A DNA stretch of 64,000 nucleotides, taken from positions 21,845 to 85,844 of the forward strand of contig DIFD01000012.1 of the NCBI GenBank assembly GCA_002418965.1. Direction: 5' to 3'. The stretch comes from Peptococcaceae bacterium UBA5757 (lineage in GTDB: Bacteria > Bacillota > Dehalobacteriia > UBA4068). Position 1 is the first letter of the stretch, and each line of letters starts with the position of its first letter. The notes under the pieces were generated by a model. That model was not told the origin of the DNA. It made no database searches and saw only the letters and a list, made by a program, of their open reading frames with translations. Below are positions 47,309 to 58,386 of the stretch, piece by piece. A program made the translations under genes and the position numbers.

Positions 47309-50300
47309 TTATTTAATGATAAGAAGTAGCTCGCCAGCCTTGACCTCCTGACCTTCCTTGATATAAATGGACTTAATAAGTCCAGACATAGGGCTTGTTA
47401 CCTTAGTCTCCATCTTCATGGCTTCTACAACAACTAGCGGTTGTCCCTCCGTCACCTTGTCTCCTTCCTTCACCATTAACATCCCAATGCTGCCCGGTAT
47501 CGGAGATCCGATCTCATTTTTATTCTCGGGATCGACCATTTCAACTTTGCTGTATTCCCCGGATTTTCTGACTGAGTTGATATCGACATAATTTTTGTCC
47601 TTGATTTTGATTTCTCTTCTATTCCTGTTGACCTCAAAAACAAGAGTCCTATACCCCTCAAAGTCGGGGTTACTGATGGTTAATAGCTTGACCATCATGC
47701 TATTGCCTTCTCCGACCTCAGCTTCGATTATCTCTCCTTCGGAAAGGCCATGAAAGAATACATCACTACCAAGCCAACTTAAATCACCGTATTCGGCAAA
47801 GTTTTTTAGATACCCTTCAAACACTTCCGGGTATAGCGCATAGCTCAAAATCTCTTTTGGGGTAGGAATTAAATTATATTTATCTTTTAAAAGCTTTTCA
47901 ATGCGATCAAAGTCTTCATCCGGTAGCATTTCTCCCGGCCTTACCGTGATAGCCTTTTCTCCTCTCAAAACAAGTTTTTGGAGCTTTACAGGAAAACCGC
48001 CCAAAGGCTGACCGATCATGCCCTTAAAATAAGACACGACAGAATCCGGGAATGCCATATTCGCGGCCTTCTGGAAAATATTTTCGGGGGTCAAATCATT
48101 TTGGACCATAAATATAGCAAAATCTCCTACCATTTTTGAGGTCGGGGTAACTTTAATAATATCGCCCAACATCTCATTAACAACCTTGTACATCTCTTTG
48201 ATCTCATTAAATTTATGCCCTAGCCCGAAGCTTTCCACTTGCGGTTTTAAATTGGAGTATTGGCCTCCCGGTATCTCATATTTGTATATTTCGGCCGAAT
48301 TGGACTTCAACCCTGACTCATACTTACTGTATACAGGTCTTACGGATTCCCAGTAGTCGGAAAGCTTTTGCAGGCCATCTGTATCTAATAAAGGGTCTCT
48401 TTCCAGATTTCTGAGAGCGGCCGCCACAGAGTTCAAAGCAGGCTGGCTGGTAAGACCAGACATGCTGTTTATAGCTGTATCAACAATATCTACTCCCGCT
48501 TCGATGGCCATCAGAACAGTTGCAACCCCATTCCCGGTCGTATCGTGGGTATGAAGATGAATGGGAATCCCGATCTCATTTTTTAAGACACTGATCAGCT
48601 TAGACGCTGCATAAGGTTTCAGAAGAGATGACATGTCCTTGATGCCCAATATCTGCGCCCCTGTCTTTTCTATATCTTTGGCCAGTTTCACATAGTAGTC
48701 CAAGCTAAACTTTTCTCTCCTGCTATCAAGGATATTCCCGGTGTAACACATACATGCTTCGGCAATCTTGCCATTATTCATGACCTCGTCTATGGAAATC
48801 TCCATTCCTCTGATCTCATTCATAGAATCAAATATCCTAAAAACATCTATACCGGAGGCAGCCGATTCCTTGATGAATCCTCTGATGACATTATCCGGGT
48901 AATTTTTGTATCCGACTGCATTGGGCCCCCGCAACAGCATCTGAAATAGAATGTTCGGGATCCTGTTGCGCAGCTCCTCCAACCTTACCCACGGAGATTC
49001 TTTGAGGAACCTGTACGCCACATCAAAAGTAGCCCCTCCCCACATTTCAAGGGAAAATAAATCCTTGCCATAAACTGAGGTCGCTTTGGCGATCTTGATC
49101 ATATCTTTGGATCTTACCCTTGTCGCCATAAGAGACTGATGGGCGTCCCTCATTGTTGTGTCCGTAAGAAGAACCTTTTTTTGATCTTTAACCCATTGCA
49201 TCAGCCCGGCGGCGCCCTGACTATCAAGGATCTGCTTTGTCCCCCTTAGGTTGCTTAAAGAGTCCTCGTTTATTTTAGGGATCTTTGGAACGTCATATTG
49301 CTCCTTAACACCCTGAGTTTCATTCACTACGATATCGCCTAAATATTTCAGCACTCTGCTTTCCGTATCCGTTTTATTGATAAGCGAGAATAATTCAGGG
49401 TTCTCTTCAATAAAACCCGTGTTACATTCACCGCTCATGAACGTCGGATGATTGAGGATGTTAACCACAAATCCAATATTGGTTTTAACCCCGGTAATAT
49501 AAGACTCGCTTATAGAGCGGATCGATTTTTTGATTGCGTCATGAAAATTCCTAGACCAAGAGATGTTTTTAACAAGAAGACTATCGTAATAAGGACTGAT
49601 TATGGCTCCTGTAAAACCATTACCCCCGTCAAGCCTGATCCCAAATCCGGAACCTGTACGATAGGACTCGATTTTCCCCGTATCGGGAGCGAAATTATTA
49701 GAGGGATCCTCTGTAGTAATCCTGCATTGTATAGAGTATCCGTTGATTTTAATATCCTCTTGTGAATGTATCCCAATTTCAGGAGAATTCAATGCATATC
49801 CTTGTGCGATTAATACTTGAGCCTGTACAATATCAATGCCAGTAATCATTTCTGTAACTGTGTGTTCAACCTGAATCCTAGGGTTCATTTCAATAAAATA
49901 ATGGTTTCCTTGCTTATCTACCAAAAATTCGAGTGTTCCTGCGCTCCTGTATTGAACAGCTTTTGCAATCTTCATGGCATCTTCATGTATGTTGTTTCTT
50001 ATTTCCTGAGGAACAGAAAAGGCAGGGGCAAACTCCACGATTTTCTGATATCTTCTTTGGATAGAACAATCCCTTTCAAACATATGCACAATATTGCCAT
50101 ACTTGTCTCCCACGACTTGTACTTCGATATGTTTGGGGTTTTCCACAAACTTTTCCATAAAGATATGGTCAATCCCAAATGCTTTTTTTGCCTCATTTTT
50201 TGCACTTAAAAAAGCATCCTCCAGATCGCTCTCCTTTCGAACGATCCGCATTCCTCGGCCTCCTCCGCCGGCAGCAGCCTTGAATATTAGCGGATACCCA

Positions 50301-50761
50301 CATTCTGCCGCATGCTTTTTTGCCTCTTCAACAGTTTTAATATTCCCGTCATATCCTACGATAATAGGTACGCCAAGTCCCCTGGCAACATCCTTGCATT
50401 TAATCTTATCGCCCATCTTTGCCATCATTTCAGACGTGGGGCCAATAAATTCTATTCCTTCCTGTTCACACCGCTTTGCAAATTCAGGGTTTTCTGACAG
50501 AAACCCATATCCTGGATGAATCGCATCTACACCCTTCTTGACCGCAAGATTAATAATTTCCTCTATATTGAGATAAGCATCAACAGGGCCCTTCCCTTCT
50601 CCTATTTGATAAGATTCATCTGCTTTGGTTCTGAACAGAGAATACTTGTCCTCATTTGAGTAAATAGCAACCGTTCTGATCCCCAGCTCTTTACAAGCCC
50701 TAAATACTCTAATTGCAATTTCCCCTCTGTTGGCAACCAACACTCTTTTAAATTTAACCAT
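47309..50761 (-). CDS. pyc: pyruvate carboxylase
   Basis: Biotin carboxylase, carboxyltransferase (TIM barrel) and C-terminal biotinyl (EAMKM) domains in a ~1150 aa single chain; start MVKFKRVLVANRGEIA at 50761. Confidence 0.9.
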   Translation of the reverse strand: MVKFKRVLVANRGEIAIRVFRACKELGIRTVAIYSNEDKYSLFRTKADESYQIGEGKGPVDAYLNIEEIINLAVKKGVDAIHPGYGFLSENPEFAKRCEQEGIEFIGPTSEMMAKMGDKIKCKDVARGLGVPIIVGYDGNIKTVEEAKKHAAECGYPLIFKAAAGGGGRGMRIVRKESDLEDAFLSAKNEAKKAFGIDHIFMEKFVENPKHIEVQVVGDKYGNIVHMFERDCSIQRRYQKIVEFAPAFSVPQEIRNNIHEDAMKIAKAVQYRSAGTLEFLVDKQGNHYFIEMNPRIQVEHTVTEMITGIDIVQAQVLIAQGYALNSPEIGIHSQEDIKINGYSIQCRITTEDPSNNFAPDTGKIESYRTGSGFGIRLDGGNGFTGAIISPYYDSLLVKNISWSRNFHDAIKKSIRSISESYITGVKTNIGFVVNILNHPTFMSGECNTGFIEENPELFSLINKTDTESRVLKYLGDIVVNETQGVKEQYDVPKIPKINEDSLSNLRGTKQILDSQGAAGLMQWVKDQKKVLLTDTTMRDAHQSLMATRVRSKDMIKIAKATSVYGKDLFSLEMWGGATFDVAYRFLKESPWVRLEELRNRIPNILFQMLLRGPNAVGYKNYPDNVIRGFIKESAASGIDVFRIFDSMNEIRGMEISIDEVMNNGKIAEACMCYTGNILDSRREKFSLDYYVKLAKDIEKTGAQILGIKDMSSLLKPYAASKLISVLKNEIGIPIHLHTHDTTGNGVATVLMAIEAGVDIVDTAINSMSGLTSQPALNSVAAALRNLERDPLLDTDGLQKLSDYWESVRPVYSKYESGLKSNSAEIYKYEIPGGQYSNLKPQVESFGLGHKFNEIKEMYKVVNEMLGDIIKVTPTSKMVGDFAIFMVQNDLTPENIFQKAANMAFPDSVVSYFKGMIGQPLGGFPVKLQKLVLRGEKAITVRPGEMLPDEDFDRIEKLLKDKYNLIPTPKEILSYALYPEVFEGYLKNFAEYGDLSWLGSDVFFHGLSEGEIIEAEVGEGNSMMVKLLTISNPDFEGYRTLVFEVNRNRREIKIKDKNYVDINSVRKSGEYSKVEMVDPENKNEIGSPIPGSIGMLMVKEGDKVTEGQPLVVVEAMKMETKVTSPMSGLIKSIYIKEGQEVKAGELLLIIK

Positions 50762-51088
50762 TCTATTACCCCCCCCATGTCTTATCCACATTTAAATCTG
50801 AAATTTTAATTATTGGTGTGATTATAACATCATATTACTAAGGTAACAACCGAGAAATAATATGGCTATATTGCCTAAGCATTTATACTATATTAGATAA
50901 ACCCTGCTTATTATGCTTTAAACCCTATTACATCTATAATTATAACATAATTTAAAAACTACTTCTGTTAAGTTATTATCTCGCTTTTCGAAATATATAT
51001 TTAATTCTTTTTATTCGTTGATTCTACCAAACAATTTAGGATACTATTAATATATGTTAATAGTCTTTAATCTGTTGTCTTTACATCT

Positions 51089-51116
51089 GTTTAAGGCTAT
51101 CTAGATAGCCTTAAAC
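51089..51116. promoter_or_regulatory. 28 bp perfect palindrome in the long AT-rich pyc upstream region
   Basis: GTTTAAGGCTATCTAGATAGCCTTAAAC; no adjacent T-run on either strand. Confidence 0.4.
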
Positions 51117-51584
51117 AAAGAATAACTTTGTTCATCTTAGAACGATCACCCAAAAGCCTTCTCGAATAATGTCACACATACAAATAATATAGAGGAAGAA
51201 TAAGCAATTTATATAACCTTTAACGATCTATAATAAACGCTGTTTAACTTTAATTTTTTACACAATCCTTTTTACTAACCTTTAACCATTTATAGCGATT
51301 TATAATACCCATAAACATCCAATAAACATCTGCCTGTAAATGTTATCAAATAACAAGGATTCGGTTTAAACCACGCCTCTCCCGTATTTCCCAACTCCCC
51401 AAAAGTAATATAACAACGAGTCAATGTTAATCTAACATCTATTTTCTGATTGGGTGTAAACTTCTACTTATGCGACGGAGCTGTCAAATAATTATATTGC
51501 TCTAAAAGCATGCCCCTCAATAATGCCTTATAATCTTGAATAGATGAAAGGCTGGATTCTAATTGGCATAAGATCTGCCTTAGT

Positions 51585-52127
51585 TCAAATTACCTTTGTC
51601 AACTCCCCCGTTACCGAATCTATCACTAATCCATGTACCATTATACCATCCGGAATCAAAGGATGGTTACGTATCAGATTTACAGAAGCCTTAATAGAAT
51701 GTTCCAAATCTGCAAAACCGCCTAGCCATGATTCAAAGTTAATGCCGCAAGATTTTAACATTTCAATATCTTTTTTTGCTATTCCTTGTATTTGCATTTT
51801 TTTTAATATTTTATGACTGTCTATATGCATAGCCCCACAATCCGTATGACCAATAACCAAAATCTCTTGTATCTGCAATTCATAAATCCCAATTAAAAGG
51901 CTCCGAATTACACTTCCATAGGGATGTGAAATGATTCCTCCTGCATTTTTAATAAATTTAGCATCCCCATTTTTAAGTCCCAGAGCGGCAGGCAATAGTT
52001 CGGTCAATCTTGTGTCCATACAGGAGATAACGGCTATTTTTTTATCTGGATATTTACTAGTAACATACTCTTCATATTCTTTGTTTTCAACAAAAGTCTT
52101 ATTATACTGTAGTATTTCATTAATCAT
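51585..52127 (-). CDS. beta-class carbonic anhydrase
   Basis: CxDxR (SCMDTRL) and HxxCG (IGHTDCGAM) zinc-ligand motifs. Confidence 0.85.
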   Translation of the reverse strand: MINEILQYNKTFVENKEYEEYVTSKYPDKKIAVISCMDTRLTELLPAALGLKNGDAKFIKNAGGIISHPYGSVIRSLLIGIYELQIQEILVIGHTDCGAMHIDSHKILKKMQIQGIAKKDIEMLKSCGINFESWLGGFADLEHSIKASVNLIRNHPLIPDGIMVHGLVIDSVTGELTKVI

Positions 52128-52589
52128 AAAAATATCCTTTCCTTCATAAACGAATAAGTGGTCATCTGTATTTATCCAGGGTAGTTACATCACCCTATGA
52201 CTGTTAGCGCTTGATCTGCCCCCAATTTACTGTGAACATCTTTTTATTTTTATACCCCCAGAAGAATAGTTTCTTTAGAAACCCTAGAACAAACCTAAAT
52301 ACTTCTATTTCAATCTATTTAATAAAATTCTACCATAATTTTGTAATAATATCGATAATTGTTTAAATCAAACAAACAGCAACTTATCTTATAATTATGC
52401 TGCATCTTTTGCGTTAATCTCATACCATTTCAAGCCTGCGTAAACATCAAAAGAGCAGCAGATTGGAGGTTTGATGCCTTTTTACTACTGGTTTCAACCT
52501 CTGAGTTTCGGGTTCAAATAACGCATTTTCAGGCTCAAAAGATTATCCGGGTGGCTGATTAATTGAGTTTAATTAATCAACTATTTTAA

Positions 52590-52780
52590 GGATTTTCTGG
52601 GGCTAAGATATCCCAGTGAAGAATGCACACGCCTTCTGTTGTAAAATACTTCAATATATTCAAATACACCGGATTCAACACTTTAAAGGTTAGCATATCT
52701 TTTGAAATATATCCATTCCATTATTAAAGTCGCGAAAAAACTTTCAACGCATGAGTTATCAAAGGGGTTTCCCTTTCTGC
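52590..52780 (-). mobile_element. short remnant (3' end of orfB) of the second IS3-family element, in inverted orientation
   Basis: Reverse complement aligns to 58190-58340 (..GCGACTTTAATAATGGAATGGATATATTTCAAAAGATATGCTAACCTT..CAGTGAAGAATGCA..). Confidence 0.6.
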
Positions 52781-53363
52781 TCATAATCCAGTATTATCAC
52801 AAGTATAAAAATGGCGAATGCGCATAAATACACAATTTTAGTCCACATATAAATTTTAAAAGGCACTCAACAAAAACCTTTCCTATCCAATATTTCCCAT
52901 TTATTTTGAAATATTTACAGGATTTTCTTTGGCTAGTAACGAAAAATAACATTGATATGGTAGCAATGAATGTGGGTCTTAACTGGACGCTTAGACCTGC
53001 TGGAGCCAAAGCGTAACCGGCCATAATATATTATAGCCGGTTTTTTGTATTTAAAACTCCAGCGATGAATTATGCCCTTACCATTGAAAACAACAACCAC
53101 CATGTTATATAGAATACGGGGCTAAGCCTGATATCTATCCACTAATGGTTTGGTGGATCTTGACGAATTTTAAACCGTCAGGGTAAAAGGCAAGCGGTAT
53201 TCGTATCCTAACGGTCAGGATAGATTGGCATACGCCTGCACGTCAATTGACTGGTACAATTGTCTATATTCCTCATGAGGGCCCATACTAATATAGATAG
53301 CATACCGTGAATTCATGAGGTTTTGAAAGATAATCAAAAATCATTGAGGGAGGAAAAATAAGT

Positions 53364-56300
53364 ATGAAGCTGCAGCGAATATGTCAGAAAGCGATCTTAA
53401 TTCTAACAATCTCCTGTTTGAGCATGTTGTTATCTAATGGACTGATACTGACAAATGATTTTTTTGGCACCGGGATTGCCAGAGCGGTGGAAATTGGTTG
53501 GAATATCGGTACGGATGGGAATCTGGTGATTTCGTCCGGGGGGGAATATAATGTCACAGGTTCCACCACGGTAAATACAATCACTGTTGATACCAATGAT
53601 CCGGTTCGTATAACCCTGGACAATGTATCAATTGATGTATCTCAAATTGCCGGGAAGTGTGCTTTTGACAGTGGGGCAAACGTTACGGTATACCTGAAAG
53701 GAACAAATATCTTGAAAAGCGGAGGCATGTCTGATGATAAAATTGGGCAACCCGGCTTAAAGAATCAGGGAAATGATAATTTGGTGATTGCCGAAGATCC
53801 TTTTATGCACGGTTCATTGACGGCTACCGGAGGTAATAGGGGGTCCGGTATTGGCGGAGAAGGTGGGGCAGCAGGCGGTTCGGTAACCATTAATAGCGGC
53901 ACTGTTACCGCCATAGGCGGTCTTGGTGCAGCGGGCATCGGCGGCGGCGGAAATGTGTTTTTAAATAACCAATATGTTTCAGCCGGTGGTGATGGCGGAT
54001 TAGTGACTGTCAATGGAGGCACAGTGACGGCTACCGGCGGTTATCAGGGAGCAGGGATCGGTGGCGGTGTGGGTGATGAAAGCGCTACAAACGTGGATGC
54101 GGGAGTAACAAATATCAACGGCGGTACTGTCAACGCTACCGGCGGTGAACTTGGTGCCGGTATCGGTGGCGGGTGTTATAGCAGCAACGGGTCTGTCTTC
54201 ATAGACGCTGGCATCGTCACAGCTACTGGCGGTAATGGTGCAGCGGGTATCGGCGGCGGGCACGTTGGTTCAGGTGGTACTGTGAGGATTCGCGGCGGTA
54301 ACCTGACAGCCAATGGCGGTGGCTCAGGCGCGGGTATCGGAGGTGGCGATTATGGTTCCGGTGCTGATGTTGTGATTGAAAACGGTACTGTTAGAGCCAA
54401 CGGAGGCGGAGGTGCAGCCGGCATCGGCAGCGGTGCCAATTCAATCACAACTGTGAATTCAGGAACGGTCCATATTATTAATGGAACTGTTACCGTTACA
54501 GGTGGTAGTGGCGGAGGAGCCGGTATTGGTGGTGGCTGGAGGAACAACGGCGCCGATGTAACCATTGACGGCGGAACCGTAACGGCTAACGGCGGCTCCC
54601 ATGGAGCAGGCATCGGCGGCGGTGAATCATCGATATCACCCGGAGTACCCAATGTCATAACAGATGGCGGTACATTGACGGTTAATGATGGTACCGTCAC
54701 AGCTACCGGGGGACAATACAGCGCCGGTATTGGTGGCGGTTACTGGGGATCCGGTGCGGAAGTGGTCATTAACGACGGCCACGTGGAGGCTTACGGAAGC
54801 GGATGGGGCGCCGGTATCGGCGGCGGCGGTTATGGTGGCCAATTTGGGGTTGTCGGTACTTTGACTATCAAAGACGGTTATGTTCAGGCCGAGGGTGGCC
54901 AATATGCCGCTGGCATCGGCGGCGGTTATCTGCAGGTTGGAGGAACAGTGAATATCAGCGGAGGAGAAGTCATTGCCCGGGGCGGGGCTGACGCTGCCGG
55001 TATTGGCGGCGGACGTGAAAAAGCAGGTGGAACAGTTACCATTACAGGGGGCAATATTACTGCTTCCGGCGGTTCCTACAGTGCCGGTATTGGCGGTGGC
55101 GCTTATGGGCTCGGCGGGACGGTTACGATCAGCAACGGGACGGTTACGGCTGTAGGCGGCACTAACGGTGCTGGTATCGGAGCCGGATTTAACAGCGCCG
55201 GCGGTACTGTAACGATTACCGGCGGCTCCATCAAGGCCAGCGGGAATAATTCCGATGATATAGGGGGCAGCGGTGGAGCAAAGGGTACGGGCGTTATAAC
55301 AAACGGAACCGAGTTACTCGATTGTCGCATTATGGAGGATTCTGTAGCGGAAGAAGATCCGGAACCGGTAACGATCCAATTAACCGTGACCAGAAGCACT
55401 CCTCACGATTATTCTTATGTTTATAATTATACCGGCAAAGGCCATGGGGATAATGATACAAATCTCTATTTTTATTTACCTGTCCGCATTGTCACAGAAC
55501 TCAGTCTTGAGAGCAGTAAAAATCCTTCAACCTGGGGTGATGAGGTGACTTTAACCGCGGAGCTTGATAGTAATACAGCGGCAGGATCGGTAAAATTTTT
55601 TGACGGAGACGTCTTATTGGGTACAGCGACACTTAACGATGGCTATGCAACATTTGATATCGATTCTTTGTTGCCGGAAACACACACGCTACGGGCAGAA
55701 TATCTGGGTGATGAGTTTTATGCGCCATCCACATCGGATGATTTAATGCAGACAGTTAATAAACTGCATACTATCATCACCTTGGACAGCAGCCAAAATT
55801 CTGCTCCTATCGGTGCGGAGGTGGCATTTACGGCAACAGTTGATCCGGTTGACGCCAGTGGCGCGGTAGAATTTTATGACGGCGAAAGCTTAATTGACAC
55901 GATAGATATAGTGGGTGGCCTTGCCGTTCTGACAACCAGTGATTTGATCTTAGGAACACACTCGATTAAGGCAACTTATCAGGGAGACAGCTATTATGCG
56001 TCCGGGGATTCCAATGTGGTGGCACAAGTCATTACTAAGGTTCCCACTGACATTACGCTGACCAGCAGTCTAAATCCATCCAGCCTGGGTGCAACGGTTA
56101 CCTTTACGGCGGCTATCAATCCACTTACTACTGTTGGCAGTATTGATTTTTATGATAACGGGATGTGGGTCGGAAAGATAGCGATTACGGATGGGAATGC
56201 GATATTTCCTACCTATTATTCTATGACTCTCGGTTCTCATTCGATCACAGCGGAATATGCCGGTAATGAAATTTACGCTGACTGCACCAGTACGCCACTT

Positions 56301-57536
56301 AGTCAGCAGGTAATCAGCACTACGTCTGGTGGAGGCGGCGGTGGCGGTGGCAGCGCCAGCGGAGGAGGGACCTCTGCTAATGTTAAAGTCGGCGGCAAAT
56401 CTATCCTGCTCCCATACAATGCGGTGGGTAGTACGATATATGCCAATATAACCCAAAAGATCATCAATGATCTTCTTAATATGGGGTTGACAGAAAAAGG
56501 TCTGAATTTTGATTTAAGCGGGATATCCCAAGCCAAACAATTGATTTTGCCTTCTGATAACGCCATTTTTAAAACCAAATATTTGACTGTCGGCTTCCCG
56601 GAGATTGTCCTTAATTTTGATCAAGATACGCTAGCAGCGCTACAGGAGAAAGCAAAGGGTGGTGCTATCGCCATCACGGGTAAGAAGGTAGATAAATCTG
56701 AACTAAATCAAGACCAACAGAAAAAAGCAGGAGACAATCAGGTTTATGAGATTACGGTTTTAGCCGGTGGCGAACGGGTTTCGGATTTGGGCGGAGAGCT
56801 GACGGCAACCATCCCTTATACCCTGAAAGAAGGCGAGGATGCAGATCATATCGCTATATGGTGTTTGAAAGAAAACGGCGAGCTGGAGGAGATACATTGC
56901 AGCTATGATATAGTGACGCGCACGGTCACTTTCGTTACCGATCACTTATCTTATTATGTCGTCGGATATCAAGAAGCTTCAATCTGGATAAACCCCTTTA
57001 GCGACGTAGTAAAAAATGACTGGTATTACGATGCGATAGCATATACCAATCAGCATAGCATGCTGAACGGAATTACAGCCACTGCCTTTGGTCCTAATGA
57101 CGCTACTACCCGGGGCATGGTGGTAACCATCTTATGGAGAATGGTCGGTCAGCCAACAGCGGGGAATAGCGGCTTCAGCGACGTAGCCAATGGCTCCTGG
57201 TATGCCCCAGCGGTGGCCTGGACGGCGGAAGAAGGTATCGTAAGTGGCATGGGCGGAGGATTATTCATGCCCGACGCCAGCATCACCCGCGAACAATTAG
57301 CAGTAATACTCCATAATTACGCAAACCTCATGGGATATGATACGAGCTCAAGCCTCAATATCCTTTCTTATGATGACACGACTGATATATCAGAGTATGC
57401 TTTATCAGCTCTAAAGTGGGCTTGCGGAAGCGGACTGATTGAAGGAGACGGTGGCAAACTCGAACCTCAGGGCAAGGCTACACGCGCACAGGTTGCTGCC
57501 ATCTTGATGAGAATGATGGAAAATGTAATAGAATAA
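53364..57536 (+). CDS. giant S-layer-associated surface protein: signal peptide, ~25 Gly-rich beta-solenoid repeats (..TVTATGG.GAAGIGGG..), Ig-like (Big_3-type) domains, three C-terminal SLH domains
   Basis: GAGGGAGG RBS; repeat periodicity ~24-30 aa with invariant G(A/S)GIGGG; Ig-like repeats ..VTFTAAINP..SIDFYD..; SLH motifs at the C-terminus (FSDV..NDWYYDAIAY.., FSDVANGSWYAPAVAW.., ..ITREQLAVILHNY..). Confidence 0.75.
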   Translation: MKLQRICQKAILILTISCLSMLLSNGLILTNDFFGTGIARAVEIGWNIGTDGNLVISSGGEYNVTGSTTVNTITVDTNDPVRITLDNVSIDVSQIAGKCAFDSGANVTVYLKGTNILKSGGMSDDKIGQPGLKNQGNDNLVIAEDPFMHGSLTATGGNRGSGIGGEGGAAGGSVTINSGTVTAIGGLGAAGIGGGGNVFLNNQYVSAGGDGGLVTVNGGTVTATGGYQGAGIGGGVGDESATNVDAGVTNINGGTVNATGGELGAGIGGGCYSSNGSVFIDAGIVTATGGNGAAGIGGGHVGSGGTVRIRGGNLTANGGGSGAGIGGGDYGSGADVVIENGTVRANGGGGAAGIGSGANSITTVNSGTVHIINGTVTVTGGSGGGAGIGGGWRNNGADVTIDGGTVTANGGSHGAGIGGGESSISPGVPNVITDGGTLTVNDGTVTATGGQYSAGIGGGYWGSGAEVVINDGHVEAYGSGWGAGIGGGGYGGQFGVVGTLTIKDGYVQAEGGQYAAGIGGGYLQVGGTVNISGGEVIARGGADAAGIGGGREKAGGTVTITGGNITASGGSYSAGIGGGAYGLGGTVTISNGTVTAVGGTNGAGIGAGFNSAGGTVTITGGSIKASGNNSDDIGGSGGAKGTGVITNGTELLDCRIMEDSVAEEDPEPVTIQLTVTRSTPHDYSYVYNYTGKGHGDNDTNLYFYLPVRIVTELSLESSKNPSTWGDEVTLTAELDSNTAAGSVKFFDGDVLLGTATLNDGYATFDIDSLLPETHTLRAEYLGDEFYAPSTSDDLMQTVNKLHTIITLDSSQNSAPIGAEVAFTATVDPVDASGAVEFYDGESLIDTIDIVGGLAVLTTSDLILGTHSIKATYQGDSYYASGDSNVVAQVITKVPTDITLTSSLNPSSLGATVTFTAAINPLTTVGSIDFYDNGMWVGKIAITDGNAIFPTYYSMTLGSHSITAEYAGNEIYADCTSTPLSQQVISTTSGGGGGGGGSASGGGTSANVKVGGKSILLPYNAVGSTIYANITQKIINDLLNMGLTEKGLNFDLSGISQAKQLILPSDNAIFKTKYLTVGFPEIVLNFDQDTLAALQEKAKGGAIAITGKKVDKSELNQDQQKKAGDNQVYEITVLAGGERVSDLGGELTATIPYTLKEGEDADHIAIWCLKENGELEEIHCSYDIVTRTVTFVTDHLSYYVVGYQEASIWINPFSDVVKNDWYYDAIAYTNQHSMLNGITATAFGPNDATTRGMVVTILWRMVGQPTAGNSGFSDVANGSWYAPAVAWTAEEGIVSGMGGGLFMPDASITREQLAVILHNYANLMGYDTSSSLNILSYDDTTDISEYALSALKWACGSGLIEGDGGKLEPQGKATRAQVAAILMRMMENVIE

Positions 57537-57596
57537 CAAGATACAAAAACCAACTATTATGAAAATAGTTGGAATCTAATACAATAAGATTTGTGG

Positions 57597-57632
57597 ATAC
57601 AGCATGTCAGCCAGACATGCTGTATTTATTCT
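57597..57632 (+). terminator. rho-independent terminator after the giant surface-protein gene
   Basis: ATACAGCATGTC-agcca-GACATGCTGTAT followed by TTATTCTCTT. Confidence 0.7.
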
Positions 57633-57843
57633 CTTGCCTAAGCTACGTTGATAGGATTAATTGCTTTGACAATGGAACTTTGGGCTTTAACCGTCCATTA
57701 ATAAGACTGTCATTCATCCCTTCATTGCAGCGTTCGATTAAAGCAGGTTGAACCATGATATACAGGCTTATGCACCCGCATGGGATATATACAGTGCATT
57801 GCTATAAGCATCGGCCGATATCGACGAGGGGCAAGCCGAGGTA

Positions 57844-58386
57844 TTGTTCAAGGAGAATATACTTGACCGTCAGTTCAATCCCGAAAAGCCAAACAGCGCT
57901 TGGGTAGGCGATATAACTTACATCAAAACGAGGGAAGGGTGGGCCTATCTTGCCGTTGTGCTTGATCTTTTCAACCGTGAGATCATTGGCTGGGCGATGA
58001 GCCGCAAGCCTGATACGGAACTCGTTATCAGAGCAATGTCCCACGCTCTTGTAGGCAGGAACAGCCCCAAATACGTTCTCTTTCACAGCAACCGCGGATG
58101 CCAGTATCGCAGTAAACGTTATCAGAAATACCTTGAGCAAAATCATATTACCGGAAGCATGAGCCGGAAAGGCAATCCGTTTGACAATTCATGCGTTGAA
58201 AGTTTTTTCGCGACTTTAATAATGGAATGGATATATTTCAAAAGATATGCTAACCTTATGGGTGTGGAATCCAGTGTATTTGGATATATTGAAGTATTTT
58301 ACAACAGATGGCGTATGCATTCTTCACTGGGATATCTTAGCCCCAGGCAATACCTCGAAAAATATCTTCGGGCAAATGCCGCATAA
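57844..58386 (+). mobile_element. 5'-truncated remnant (DDE core to C-terminus of orfB, 180 aa) of the second IS3-family element
   Basis: ..AWVGDITYIKTREGWAYLAVVLDLFNREIIGWAM..HSNRGCQYRS..SMSRKGNPFDNS..; no orfA and no upstream IR. Confidence 0.8.

Noticed and set aside
54350-54700. Pro-rich antisense ORFs across the giant surface-protein gene (53384-53623, 53765-54022, 54000-54263, 54350-54700, 54636-54902, 55103-55399, 56070-56578)
   Set aside because: They are reverse-frame artefacts of the Gly-rich GGNGGN repeat codons of the genuine plus-strand gene.
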